Shown here: in pieces, positions 19,847 to 29,593 of the stretch | Numbering within the stretch: position 1 is the first letter of the stretch | Layout: every line of letters starts with the position of its first letter | Origin: a virus | Taxonomy: Duplodnaviria > Caudoviricetes | Length of the DNA stretch: 64,000 nucleotides | IMG/VR virus record: IMGVR_UViG_3300029288_000119 | Span: 1 to 64,000 of that record | Direction: 5' to 3' (one strand) | Notes under the pieces: generated by a model | Seen by the model: the letters and a program-made list of their open reading frames with translations, nothing else | What the model was told of the DNA's origin: nothing | The model's database searches: none | Program-made: the position numbers and the translations under genes

Positions 19847-20610
19847 TATTCCTCCCACCACGATCCAGTTTCTTGATATCCTTTTCTTTTTGCGGCTGAA
19901 ATATAACTTCTAGTGTTCGTATACCAATCTTCTGGAAGCGGAACGATATTATCTGGTCTTCGTATAACACTTTTTAGTTCTTTTTCTCTGAGCGGTTCTG
20001 ATATTCCGACTTCTTCTGCACGAAGGACCATAGTCGAACACCAGAGAAATCTCAGTTTCACAACATCACTTTCTTGAACTCCACAAGTGATATTTGGATC
20101 TTTCGAGAGATATTCAGTAATTGCAATTATCGGTCTGCTCTTGAACTTCGCCTTAAATGATCTCTTAAGTAACGTTTTGGTGCAGCCATAACCAATTGCA
20201 CGAGGGAGAAGTAATAGAGTTATTTGATCACCGATGAACAGCTTTCGAAATTCATTATAGCCTGCATTTGTGAGATGATTTCCAACAACTCTTATTCCTT
20301 CTTCAAACGATTTTTGAGCACCCCAAATGTTACTCTTTGGATCGAGAGGAAAAACATTGAAACGTCCAATTTCATCATCTAGTTTATATTTTCCAGTAAG
20401 ACAGGTTTGTCCGAATTCGGGATATTTCGTTTCTGCATATGGCTTATCAAATGACTCGTGCCAAATATATTCAGCCATAATTGCGGGATCGATAATTGCA
20501 TCGAGTTCTCGAAGTGTTTTTCCATGTTTTACGAGAACAACTTTTTTAGCATTCTCTATACATTCGTCAACTTGTTTCTTAGCTTGTTGCTGAACATCAC
20601 TCCAAGACAT
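19846..20610 (-). CDS. Hypothetical protein
   Basis: 254-aa coupled ORF. Confidence 0.65.
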   Translation of the reverse strand: MSWSDVQQQAKKQVDECIENAKKVVLVKHGKTLRELDAIIDPAIMAEYIWHESFDKPYAETKYPEFGQTCLTGKYKLDDEIGRFNVFPLDPKSNIWGAQKSFEEGIRVVGNHLTNAGYNEFRKLFIGDQITLLLLPRAIGYGCTKTLLKRSFKAKFKSRPIIAITEYLSKDPNITCGVQESDVVKLRFLWCSTMVLRAEEVGISEPLREKELKSVIRRPDNIVPLPEDWYTNTRSYISAAKRKGYQETGSWWEE

Positions 20611-21047
20611 TAATAATTCTCCAAAGCGTTATCACTGTCGTGTTCGTAGTAATCAAGAAATTCGTCATCATAACAGTAATGCAATTTATGCTCGCTACAA
20701 CTAACATTCAAGCACATGTTCATATAATCATATTTTTCGTCTATTGATCCTTTTTCTATTACAACGCTATTACATTTCTTGCAAACTCCATCATCCCACC
20801 AACTTATTTCTAAACCTACTTTTTCTAACTCTTCAAGCGCAGATTTTACATAAGATAATGAACACTCTTGTTCAGATACATCTTCTGACCAGCATTTCCT
20901 ATAGCTTTCTACTTCTTTTTGAACTTCTTCTGGTGTCATATATTTTTCTATACATGTCATGTGATAAACTAAACAATGTTTTCTAAAAATTGAGTCAGCT
21001 TCATCAGAAACAGTTTTTGGAATTATTCGTTGATACCTAAGTTTCAA
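20610..21047 (-). CDS. Hypothetical protein
   Basis: Coupled ORF with CKKC. Confidence 0.55.
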   Translation of the reverse strand: MKLRYQRIIPKTVSDEADSIFRKHCLVYHMTCIEKYMTPEEVQKEVESYRKCWSEDVSEQECSLSYVKSALEELEKVGLEISWWDDGVCKKCNSVVIEKGSIDEKYDYMNMCLNVSCSEHKLHYCYDDEFLDYYEHDSDNALENY

Positions 21048-21053
21048 TACAGT

Positions 21054-21500
21054 TTACTCCATTTTTAATTGTGATCTAATTTTAAGTCTACTACAAAATT
21101 CTCTTTCTGTTAATACTGTTTGTGAAGCATTATTTTTACCAATTGAGTGTGTAAGAACTGCATCGTTTGTTGCAAGAAGTGCTTTTTTGAACCCTTCATT
21201 TTTAGACAATGCATCATATGCTCTATCTAAAAGACTCTGATATTCTTGACTGTGACGATCAATTTCCTGTCCTTGCCAATATAAAATTTGATGTTTCCAC
21301 CACTTCTTTGGCTTGCCTTTAAATTTGGCTGCTAAACCAACAAGAGTACATACATGTTTTTGCATTTCAGGGTTTGCAAATTTAAGAGATTGAAGAAAAC
21401 CTTCCATACTATTACAGTTTATTCCATCAATTACAAATGGATGAGGAGCAAAATTAGACAATGAAGAAGCTGGATACCCTTGTTTTGAACCTATGTCCAT
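21054..21500 (-). CDS. NADAR-domain protein (T4 gp30.3-like)
   Basis: LSNFAPHPF..DG..CNSMEGFLQSLK...LLAT...LTH. Confidence 0.85.
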   Translation of the reverse strand: MDIGSKQGYPASSLSNFAPHPFVIDGINCNSMEGFLQSLKFANPEMQKHVCTLVGLAAKFKGKPKKWWKHQILYWQGQEIDRHSQEYQSLLDRAYDALSKNEGFKKALLATNDAVLTHSIGKNNASQTVLTEREFCSRLKIRSQLKME

Positions 21501-21504
21501 TCAT

Positions 21505-21669
21505 TTACTCGTCATTAAAAAAGAAAAGAAGTGTAATAAAAATAAGAATAAATATCGATACCGGAAACCATAAAGGTGCAAACACCCAAAACCATGGCCA
21601 AGTAATCACATTTGTGAGTTTAAGAACAAGAAAAGCTATGAATAGTGCCGTAAACAAGCTGATCTTCAT
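21505..21669 (-). CDS. Small two-TM phage membrane protein (54 aa, not in ORF track)
   Basis: LVLKLTNVITWPWFWVFAPLW signature. Confidence 0.75.
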   Translation of the reverse strand: MKISLFTALFIAFLVLKLTNVITWPWFWVFAPLWFPVSIFILIFITLLFFFNDE

Positions 21670-22214
21670 TTTTTGTTAATACGAGATGAATATGTTGTAG
21701 TAGTTTTGGTATTATTTGCTTCATCTGGATTGAGATCAATCGTTGTCAATTTTCCCGTTGTCCATGTCCAGTTGCCTTCACCACCACAAATGTCCGGTGT
21801 TGCATATGCCGTTACTGTTATACCATAATAAACAACATGTGGTGGAACATATGGATTAATCCATGGAGAAGGTTTATATTCTAGCTCCTTGTTTGCAAGC
21901 ATCCCCTTTACTTCTTCAATACGTTCAAGGATCTTCTTAAATGCAGCATCCTCAATAATTTCTTCAACATCTTGTTGTATACTCGTTGAAACTCGAACAA
22001 TGTGTTCATTATCAAGAGATTCACACTTGCCAAAATCATCAGGACCAATTGTTAACACTATGCTATCGGAATCGAGGTCTTTATGTAGCTTTTCACTTAC
22101 TTTTTGAAGCGACTCAATTGTTTTAAATTTGAAACTCATTGTCGTTGATGGTTTATCGAGCTGCGCTGTAAATATACCAACAGTAAGAATATGAATGTTA
22201 TTTATTTTTGTCAT
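21666..22214 (-). CDS. Hypothetical protein
   Basis: Coupled ORF. Confidence 0.6.
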   Translation of the reverse strand: MTKINNIHILTVGIFTAQLDKPSTTMSFKFKTIESLQKVSEKLHKDLDSDSIVLTIGPDDFGKCESLDNEHIVRVSTSIQQDVEEIIEDAAFKKILERIEEVKGMLANKELEYKPSPWINPYVPPHVVYYGITVTAYATPDICGGEGNWTWTTGKLTTIDLNPDEANNTKTTTTYSSRINKK

Positions 22215-22561
22215 TTCTCTATAACTCCATTAATCAACTCTTCTTTCATGATAAGACATTTTTCTCCATTAATATCTATTTCTTGGCCAGACCATTCACC
22301 TAAAATTATTTTATCGCCCGCCTTCACTTCTGGCGCAACTCTACGACCATTTCCGAGAATTTTTCCCGGCCCAACAGCAACAACATATCCAATTGTGCTT
22401 TTCTTTTGTGCTGTCGGCGGAATGATGAGGCCGCCTGGAGTTGTTTCTTCGCTCTTTTCTCTTCTAATGATGACAAGATCAAATAACGGCTTTATTGTCT
22501 TATATGGCTCACGATCAAAGTAAAGATCTGTATCTCTCGGATCTTTTTCAATATCAAACAT
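22211..22561 (-). CDS. groES: Co-chaperonin GroES
   Basis: IKPLFDLV, TPGGLIIP, VVAVGPG, VKAGDKI. Confidence 0.93.
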   Translation of the reverse strand: MFDIEKDPRDTDLYFDREPYKTIKPLFDLVIIRREKSEETTPGGLIIPPTAQKKSTIGYVVAVGPGKILGNGRRVAPEVKAGDKIILGEWSGQEIDINGEKCLIMKEELINGVIEK

Positions 22562-22566
22562 TTCTT

Positions 22567-22839
22567 TTATTCTCCTTTTTTATTATTTCCCTTAACCTTT
22601 GCAAGTATATCATTGGCGTATTCAATTTGTGTATTTGAATCACGTAGTAAGTCTAATATCCTAGAATTCATATGATATTGTAATTGTCTAAGAACATCCT
22701 TGTGCGCAATATTTTCTTCTAAATTTTCTATTGTTTTTAATTCACTCCACAACTTTATTGCTTGTATTTTTAATGCAGTGGCAGACTTTGCCATTCTTTT
22801 TATTGCTGAAGTTACTTTAACTATTTTATTCCTTGTCAC
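22567..22839 (-). CDS. Hypothetical helical protein
   Basis: GAGG SD. Confidence 0.55.
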   Translation of the reverse strand: MTRNKIVKVTSAIKRMAKSATALKIQAIKLWSELKTIENLEENIAHKDVLRQLQYHMNSRILDLLRDSNTQIEYANDILAKVKGNNKKGE

Positions 22840-23227
22840 AATTCCTCCGCATCATTTTTGAAATGATCATATGGTCAACATACAATTTTTTGTTTATGTG
22901 TTGTTCAGACATCGATGCATTGTACTCAGATGATTTCATTTTATTTTCATATTGATAGGCGTGATACATCTCATGTATTAAAACACACACAAACCCAATT
23001 GTTGATTTTGGGTTTAGTGTTTTTTTGTTTATTGTTATGAAATGACATGGCCCATACTCTGATTCGTGTTTGTCATACCATATGTATTCACCGTAATCAA
23101 CAATACTACCAACAATAGATATGACCATTGGTTTTTTAATGCGAAGATAATTATTGATCCAATTACAAATTTGTAGTAATGGAATTTTATGTCCACGTTT
23201 AGGACATTTCAGGATTTTAATTACCAA
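22826..23227 (-). CDS. Zincin-like metallopeptidase
   Basis: LIHEMYHAYQ then SEYNA. Confidence 0.7.
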   Translation of the reverse strand: MVIKILKCPKRGHKIPLLQICNWINNYLRIKKPMVISIVGSIVDYGEYIWYDKHESEYGPCHFITINKKTLNPKSTIGFVCVLIHEMYHAYQYENKMKSSEYNASMSEQHINKKLYVDHMIISKMMRRNCDKE

Positions 23228-23466
23228 GGTATTTCTATGGCAACAATTTTAATTTGTGTATTGTTTATTTTTTTGCGTGCTACAATTTCAAAACCACATT
23301 TTCTAATTTCATTATATAATTGCTTTGTTCTAATATTGTCTTTATTTATCACAAATGTACAACAGTTTCCATCATCAAATGACGAAACATAATTTTCGTA
23401 TTTTTTGTTTAATGGGGTAAAATTATCTAATGTATCATGAAGATTATCCAATTTAGTTCTAAACAT
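23221..23466 (-). CDS. Hypothetical protein
   Basis: AGGAGGAGG SD. Confidence 0.55.
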   Translation of the reverse strand: MFRTKLDNLHDTLDNFTPLNKKYENYVSSFDDGNCCTFVINKDNIRTKQLYNEIRKCGFEIVARKKINNTQIKIVAIEIPW

Positions 23467-23500
23467 GTAGTGGTGTACCTCCTCCTGTAATAATTTTAAC

Positions 23501-23692
23501 TTAAAAGGATTTGTCGCTGAATGGCTCTACGAATTTCTTATGCACCCTGGTGATGGTTTCCGATATCTCCGACTTGTTATTATTATCAATCTTAAGTTTT
23601 TGTATGTTATAGTAATCTCCTTCCATAGAAACGATTCGGCCCAATTTCCAATCAGAAAACAAATCTAATTTCCACCAAACAATATTATCCAT
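23501..23692 (-). CDS. Small hypothetical protein (possible SH3-like)
   Basis: Starts just downstream of the tRNA. Confidence 0.5.
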   Translation of the reverse strand: MDNIVWWKLDLFSDWKLGRIVSMEGDYYNIQKLKIDNNNKSEISETITRVHKKFVEPFSDKSF

Positions 23693-23704
23693 GATTTTCC
23701 CCAG

Positions 23705-23776
23705 TTGCAGGAGGGAGAATTGAACTCCCGACATGGCGAATATGAGTCGCCTGTTCTACCGCTGAACTATCCTGCA
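23705..23776 (-). tRNA. tRNA with CAT anticodon, Ile2-like (alternatively elongator Met); CCA not encoded
   Basis: TGCAGGA TA GTTC AGCGGTA GAAC A GGCGA CTCATAT TCGCC ATGTC GGGAG TTCAATT CTCCC TCCTGCA A folds as a full cloverleaf. Confidence 0.92.
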
Positions 23777-24462
23777 TTGCTTGGTTTTGTACCAGTCATT
23801 CTATATCTTTGTATGTTTTTCATAATGCTATTATATTTTTTTAAATATACCTGACCAAACTCCAGTGAAATGGCATCACAAATTTGATTGGATAATTGTT
23901 TTCCTTGTTCAATCTGCGCCGCGTGTGCTATTTCGTGGATTAGTGTTTCAATAAAAGATTTCTTTGATTTTAGTTCTCTCACATTAAAAACTATTTTATG
24001 ATACGATTCCTTATTTTCATATAAAGCAACTGCAACAGTATCAATTAATGCAATTTTGTTGGTTGAAAATTTTAATGTAATTGGTTTGTCTATATTAAAA
24101 TCCGATGCGATTTCTACAGCAATTTCTGCAATACAGTGTCTTTGGATTGGATCGGTAATATCATAAACCTCTACCAGAGGAACTCCAACATATTTACAAG
24201 ACAGACCAAGCTGTTTTTGTATTTTCCTTACGGCACGTTTCTCCGTCAGACACACATTTATTCTTGTTGTCCCTAAACACCTAGCAATTTCGACATGTGT
24301 CATATATCCCCATGCCTTTATGGCACAAAAAATACAATTATTATACTTCTTGGCGTAGGGATGCGCCAGATAAAATCGTTCGTCTTTTGGTGATATATTA
24401 TGCGTGCAAGGGCCGACTTTTATGTCTTTGGGCTGCTCTGCATATAATATTAAATCCGCCAT
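23767..24462 (-). CDS. Sigma region-4-like HTH fused to a zincin metallopeptidase
   Basis: MTHVEIARCLGTTRINVCLTEKRAVRKI plus LIHEIAHAAQ. Confidence 0.65.
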   Translation of the reverse strand: MADLILYAEQPKDIKVGPCTHNISPKDERFYLAHPYAKKYNNCIFCAIKAWGYMTHVEIARCLGTTRINVCLTEKRAVRKIQKQLGLSCKYVGVPLVEVYDITDPIQRHCIAEIAVEIASDFNIDKPITLKFSTNKIALIDTVAVALYENKESYHKIVFNVRELKSKKSFIETLIHEIAHAAQIEQGKQLSNQICDAISLEFGQVYLKKYNSIMKNIQRYRMTGTKPSNAG

Positions 24463-24468
24463 TAATCC

Positions 24469-24876
24469 TCATTCGTTGAAATAAATTACACCCTCTGTAT
24501 TGTGCGAAATAGTAAAGTGGGCCTTTCGAACCCCAACAATGGCCAATTGCCTCTTGCAAATGGGACACGGCTCTGCATTTGCTGCACAAAGATTCTTAGT
24601 AATCCTTGCAACATACAAAACTGCACCCCTAGTAATGTCTTCTGAAAGATGTGCGACGCAATCAAGCTCAGCATGAGTACATCGCCGAAAGGGTTTCTTT
24701 TCCCGTAATTCTCGCGACAGTCTTTGAACAATCGGATCAGTTTTCCTCTTATTTGTCCCTGTACTAATTACGTTTCCGCCACGCACCAATACTGCCCCAA
24801 GAGCAAATGTCTTGGCGGGGTTATTCTGCCAGTTCTTCAGAGCAACCTTACAAGCCACTCTTAGCCACCTATTCAT
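24469..24876 (-). CDS. Cytidine/deoxycytidylate deaminase-superfamily protein
   Basis: LGAVLV, HAE, PCPIC. Confidence 0.88.
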   Translation of the reverse strand: MNRWLRVACKVALKNWQNNPAKTFALGAVLVRGGNVISTGTNKRKTDPIVQRLSRELREKKPFRRCTHAELDCVAHLSEDITRGAVLYVARITKNLCAANAEPCPICKRQLAIVGVRKAHFTISHNTEGVIYFNE

Positions 24877-24882
24877 AATTAG

Positions 24883-24912
24883 ATGATATCATAGATGATA
24901 TGTTTCTGTCAA
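24883..24912 (-). promoter_or_regulatory. Sigma70-type leaderless promoter
   Basis: TTGACA-N18-TATCAT-N6-ATG with TG extension. Confidence 0.7.
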
Positions 24913-25155
24913 CATTATTTAAATTCATCCCGAATCCACCCAATAAAAAAATTACGATCCTTTACACTATCCGATTTAAGCATGGAATGTATTGCATTGT
25001 GAGAACACACCACAGCCATATCATTAATATCATTATATATCGGATCTAAAGATAAAAATTGATTAAATGAACCCATTGATAACCTATATGTCATGTTTTT
25101 GAAATTGTAAAAATGAAATCCTTTTGCATGTCTTACTATAATCCAGAAACCAGAA

Positions 25156-25383
25156 TTACACGTCTGGAATTTCGAATTGACTTTGGTCTTTTTCTTGTTC
25201 CTGATCCTTTTTATTGGCTTCTTCGATTTTTTCAATGGCAATGTTTATTTTCAATTCTGTCAATTTATATACAGTCAAATTCTCCGCAATTTTTAGTGCC
25301 AAATCATTAATGTTGTTGACAACCGTTAATTCACCATTATTTGTTTTGATCAGAAACATTCTTAATGCGTTCCTTTTCCGCAA
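25156..25383 (-). CDS. Hypothetical protein
   Basis: Packed ORF; start likely the internal MFLIK. Confidence 0.5.
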   Translation of the reverse strand: MRKRNALRMFLIKTNNGELTVVNNINDLALKIAENLTVYKLTELKINIAIEKIEEANKKDQEQEKDQSQFEIPDV

Positions 25384-25663
25384 GTATATTATTTCGTAGT
25401 TCTTGGTTTATTTTAACATCTTGCTGATCGAAATTAAATTTGCATATATTGGCCATTTTTTCAATAATATTAGTAACTTCACTCATTTTTTTGCTTTCAA
25501 TCTCTTGAGATTCGGCGTCTGATAGCATAATCCTGTTGTACGAAATTAACAGTTCTCGTATGCTACCGATTTTACCCTCTAAAATCTCTCTAGTAGTAAT
25601 ATCTTTTTCAATTAAAATAGAACAGACAGCTAAAATAGTGGCATAATTTTCTGTTGGACTCAT
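25337..25663 (-). CDS. Hypothetical protein
   Basis: GGAG SD. Confidence 0.55.
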   Translation of the reverse strand: MSPTENYATILAVCSILIEKDITTREILEGKIGSIRELLISYNRIMLSDAESQEIESKKMSEVTNIIEKMANICKFNFDQQDVKINQELRNNILAEKERIKNVSDQNK

Positions 25664-25679
25664 GGCATGTCACTCCAAT

Positions 25680-25949
25680 CTATTTTGACTTAATTGTAGT
25701 TTTCTTCTCTACGAACAAATTGAACTTGCATTTATTCCTATTTGATTCTTTATTTGACACATTACGGTTAACTTGCGCATGGTTGCATCTAAAAAATGCA
25801 AATGGTTTACTAATTTGTCTGTTTATATTTATTTCGGCTATTCCATGCTTTATCATCCAAACAGTTCCAAATGCACAATTTGCGCAGATTGGATAATTTG
25901 GATCTCCTCTTCGATTTGTACTGGACGCGGTTTTAATTTCTGTTTCCAT
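25680..25949 (-). CDS. Cys-containing hypothetical protein
   Basis: AAGGAG SD; CANC...C...C. Confidence 0.55.
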   Translation of the reverse strand: METEIKTASSTNRRGDPNYPICANCAFGTVWMIKHGIAEININRQISKPFAFFRCNHAQVNRNVSNKESNRNKCKFNLFVEKKTTIKSK

Positions 25950-26000
25950 TTTTATTTCTATCTCCTTGAATAAGAATCATAACAAAATTTATGTGTTCTG

Positions 26001-27575
26001 TCAACTGTATTTTTGGACAATTTTGGTACTTTCTTGTTTATTAATTAGAGATGCCCCATTATCGGTTGTACTTTTCCCGTCCTCATTAAATAAATACAAC
26101 CCAAGTTTTTCTTTGAGATGTGTAAATTTCGCATTGGCTTCTGATAATCGAATCCAGAAATCCCAATCTCCAGCACTTTGAAATGATTCATCAAAAAGTC
26201 CAATCTTGTTTATCCACTTTTTTCTCCACATTGGATAGTGCCCACCGTAACAGTATTTCTTTAATGATTCTTTATCATATTCCGGCCAATTAAGCTCCCC
26301 TATTCTGGTGTGTTTTTCAAAAGTTTCATTTGGAGTTTTTGTGACAAAAGAATCAGAATAAACAAAATCATTTTCATTAATTTTTGCATACAATTTCATA
26401 ATGGAATCTTTGGCAAACCTATCATCAGCATTCATATTTATTACTATATTCGCCTTACATTTTGACAGTGCTTTGTTCCATCCTTTATATATTCCATCTT
26501 TAAGTGGATGTTTGTTTGTATAAAATCTAATCGGTGATTTAATTTTTTGAAAATATTCTACAATTTCAACCGTTTTGTCCGTTGATCCACCATCATATAT
26601 AACAACTTCATAATTTGGAGCATTGAAAGATGTAACATTCTCTAAATAATCTCTTATATAATTCTGTGAATTATATGTTGTGCAGAATATCGAAATTTCT
26701 GGTCGTTGATTTTGCAATTCGCACAACAGTGTCTTTTTTGCTTTATCAAAAATTGAATCGAAATCAATGTTATCTTTGTTCCACCATTCTTCACGAGCAT
26801 ATCCAACAAGTTTATTTGTTATCACCTTTTTACCGAGGTATTTTGCTTCAAATATCCATCTTGATGCACTCTCGGTGAGTTTTGGAATAAAAATAATTCC
26901 TTCCGATTGTGCTAATTTCTTCATAAGATCTGGCCACTTAAGACCAGCGATTAATTCATATTCAAGTCCATTTTTCACAGCATATTCAACAGCACCTTGA
27001 GTATTTTTGTGATAATGTTGTGAATTAAAAATTAAATATTTACCATTCGACGATTTAATTTCTTTTAATTCGTTAAGTAATTTTAATTCTTCTCTTCTCC
27101 ACAAATTTGTACCAAGACATACATTGTTACAATATATATTTAAGTCAAACAACTGATCATGGAATTGAGTCTGGGTAAAAATAACCTGGGCAAAAAAATA
27201 AAACATGTGAACAAATGAATTCCTAGAATAACAATTACAAATTAATGATGAGCCGTGCAGAAATGGATTACGATGTACACAATATTTTGCATCATTTTCA
27301 ACAATGAAATATGTAATTTCGTCATCAGTTAATTTATTGACTATAGATTCGAATGTTTCCCTGCTTTTAATTTTGGCAAAATTGGAGAAAATATATGTAT
27401 TATTTTTATTAAATGATTCCGCACCCACTTGATCACTTTTCAATTTATTAACTGAATATCCACTGTCCGTAAGCACTTCCATGATCGCAGCATCATTTAA
27501 TTCTGCACCACCATTTAATTCTTCCACAAAAAAATCAGAAACCCACGTAATTTGTTTTGTATTATTTATCATCAT
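26001..27575 (-). CDS. Two-domain glycosyltransferase (GT-B-like N-terminus plus GT2 C-terminus)
   Basis: GGAE, ESASRWIFEAK; then DGGSTDKT, NADD, DWDFWIR. Confidence 0.85.
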   Translation of the reverse strand: MMINNTKQITWVSDFFVEELNGGAELNDAAIMEVLTDSGYSVNKLKSDQVGAESFNKNNTYIFSNFAKIKSRETFESIVNKLTDDEITYFIVENDAKYCVHRNPFLHGSSLICNCYSRNSFVHMFYFFAQVIFTQTQFHDQLFDLNIYCNNVCLGTNLWRREELKLLNELKEIKSSNGKYLIFNSQHYHKNTQGAVEYAVKNGLEYELIAGLKWPDLMKKLAQSEGIIFIPKLTESASRWIFEAKYLGKKVITNKLVGYAREEWWNKDNIDFDSIFDKAKKTLLCELQNQRPEISIFCTTYNSQNYIRDYLENVTSFNAPNYEVVIYDGGSTDKTVEIVEYFQKIKSPIRFYTNKHPLKDGIYKGWNKALSKCKANIVINMNADDRFAKDSIMKLYAKINENDFVYSDSFVTKTPNETFEKHTRIGELNWPEYDKESLKKYCYGGHYPMWRKKWINKIGLFDESFQSAGDWDFWIRLSEANAKFTHLKEKLGLYLFNEDGKSTTDNGASLINKQESTKIVQKYS

Positions 27576-27780
27576 CTTTGTATTTCTCCATCATTTGTTC
27601 TATTTCATCTATGTTTTTGTCATAATATAAACACAATGCGCATCCTATACCAAAAAATATTGCAAAAATTTCAACAATTGCTAACATAACAAATGATAAT
27701 CCGTTAATAGGTTGAATAATATATCCCAAAGCAATACAGGTGACAAACAACAATATAAATGACAAAAATTTTCTAAGCAT
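27562..27780 (-). CDS. Two-TM membrane protein
   Basis: Two hydrophobic stretches. Confidence 0.55.
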   Translation of the reverse strand: MLRKFLSFILLFVTCIALGYIIQPINGLSFVMLAIVEIFAIFFGIGCALCLYYDKNIDEIEQMMEKYKDDDK

Positions 27781-28165
27781 TGTTCTCCCATGCTTCCGAT
27801 GCCAATGCTAATAGTCGATATTTTTGTTTTTCGCTTTTATATTTTAATGATAAGCGATAATATTTTGTTGGTGCCCATACCAATGATGCCAATTCCACTG
27901 TAAAATATCCAATATTAGCTATTTTCCTAGCTGTTTTTAATGGACAATCAAAAACAATGTAAAATTCATCCGGATTTCCATGACCACCACACGATAGAAT
28001 TGTTTTTATTCCAATAGATGTCATCTTATTTACAAAATAATTAACATCTTTATCCAACGATATCTCATGTTGATATACGGGAACATTTAAATTTGGTTGT
28101 ATCGATACAGTCTTTTTTCTTTCTCTCCACCATGGACTATTTTTTATAATTTTTGCTATTGTCAT
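27773..28165 (-). CDS. Hypothetical protein with TxxSCxGH motif
   Basis: GIKTILSCGGH. Confidence 0.55.
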   Translation of the reverse strand: MTIAKIIKNSPWWRERKKTVSIQPNLNVPVYQHEISLDKDVNYFVNKMTSIGIKTILSCGGHGNPDEFYIVFDCPLKTARKIANIGYFTVELASLVWAPTKYYRLSLKYKSEKQKYRLLALASEAWENNA

Positions 28166-28222
28166 ACGTAATCACTTTCTTGTGGAGTGGGGAGAATTCT
28201 GTAACTCAAAAGGATTGGATTT

Positions 28223-29479
28223 TTATGACGCAACTATTTCTTCAAGATTTTCGTTTTTAAATATTGAATCGGCAATAGTGTTTTCATTTTCTTTTAAAAG
28301 GTTATATTTATCGAAAATTTCGTAATATTTATCTTCTATTACTTTGATATTTAATGTTTCGCGAATTTTGGCACCAAGTTCTTCCGCCCATTTTTTAGGA
28401 ATATCATAATTTTGATACATCTTTTTTAAGTGTCTTACAGCTTCAGCATGGTCTGGAAACCACCATCGGTTGCCTTCAGCGAATATGTCATTTTTAATAC
28501 CACTTTCTTTAAGTTCACATGGTATTTTTATCCACTTCCCGAGATTAAGAAATTCCGTATGGGCTGTGGCATTTGAAGCAATGATTGGCTTATTACAAGC
28601 TGCTAAATCTTGAATACACAACCCGTATCCCTCACCATGTGTTAAAAATACTCCTGCTTTGACTCTAGTATCTTTATATAATTGCGCCAACTTTTTATCC
28701 GGCATGTGTCCATGTACCAAAATAATCTTTGGAAATTGATCATATTCTTTAACAATGCTTTTAATTTTATTAATTGTATGTGTCTCGTCTATGTATGATG
28801 CGCCAATGGAACTAACTTTCATAACCAGCCCGATTTGTTCTTTATCAGGATGATCTCGGAAAGCCTCTTTAAATACCCTAATAATACCTTCAATATTTTT
28901 TCGATCTATTCCAATACCCCATTGTCCAGACGTAATAAAACAAAATGGTGGCAAATCTAGATCAATATCAGATTCATGTATGTCGTTAAAAATCGATGTA
29001 TCAACAGATTCTGGAATTACTTCTATTGGAACGGTACACTGTAGCATGGACCCATCGCTTCCCTGATATTTAGTATTTATAAATGTGGATTTTGTAAATT
29101 CTGACGGAACAATCATAAGATCCATTTCATTTGCTTTTATAATCCACTGAGGAGGAACTCTGTCGCATTCAACACCAGCAGTTATACCAACACTTGCAGG
29201 GGCCATTCTTTGGAATTCCGGAGGGACTGATATAAATACTGATATGTCCGGTTGAATTTTGGCCTGCTGCCACGAATATGATTTTCCAACCAAGCCAATA
29301 ATAAATGATTTTTCAGGAGAATCTTTTTGAGAAATAAACGGCACCTCTCCCCACCTAAGCGGGCGGGCCACCACATCAAGCCCACACTTGCCGGTTAGTG
29401 CATATAACACTTGACGGCTATGTACGCCATATCCACTATTGCTAAGAACTGGAGCCGTAAATACCACTTTTTTCGCCAT
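28223..29479 (-). CDS. GT4-like (GT-B) glycosyltransferase
   Basis: SGYGVHSR, VPSEF, RKNI, GEGYGL. Confidence 0.88.
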   Translation of the reverse strand: MAKKVVFTAPVLSNSGYGVHSRQVLYALTGKCGLDVVARPLRWGEVPFISQKDSPEKSFIIGLVGKSYSWQQAKIQPDISVFISVPPEFQRMAPASVGITAGVECDRVPPQWIIKANEMDLMIVPSEFTKSTFINTKYQGSDGSMLQCTVPIEVIPESVDTSIFNDIHESDIDLDLPPFCFITSGQWGIGIDRKNIEGIIRVFKEAFRDHPDKEQIGLVMKVSSIGASYIDETHTINKIKSIVKEYDQFPKIILVHGHMPDKKLAQLYKDTRVKAGVFLTHGEGYGLCIQDLAACNKPIIASNATAHTEFLNLGKWIKIPCELKESGIKNDIFAEGNRWWFPDHAEAVRHLKKMYQNYDIPKKWAEELGAKIRETLNIKVIEDKYYEIFDKYNLLKENENTIADSIFKNENLEEIVAS

Positions 29480-29557
29480 TCTCTTCCTCTCTCCTTTGTT
29501 TGATATTATATCATCTTACCATGCTATTGTAATTCTTAGGTTTCATAATTATTAATC

Positions 29558-29587
29558 TTGACTAATACATACTTTTCATGATATAAT
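29558..29587 (+). promoter_or_regulatory. Sigma70-type leaderless promoter
   Basis: TTGACT-N18-TATAAT-N6-ATG with TG extension. Confidence 0.75.
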
Positions 29588-29593
29588 CGGGGT

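Noticed and set aside
23705-23776. Initiator tRNA-fMet
   Set aside because: Position 1-72 is paired (U-A) and the anticodon stem lacks three consecutive G-C pairs.
24915-25241. 108-aa ORF as annotated
   Set aside because: Its TTG start lies deep inside 25156..25383 with no SD. The 3' part may code, but I cannot support a start.
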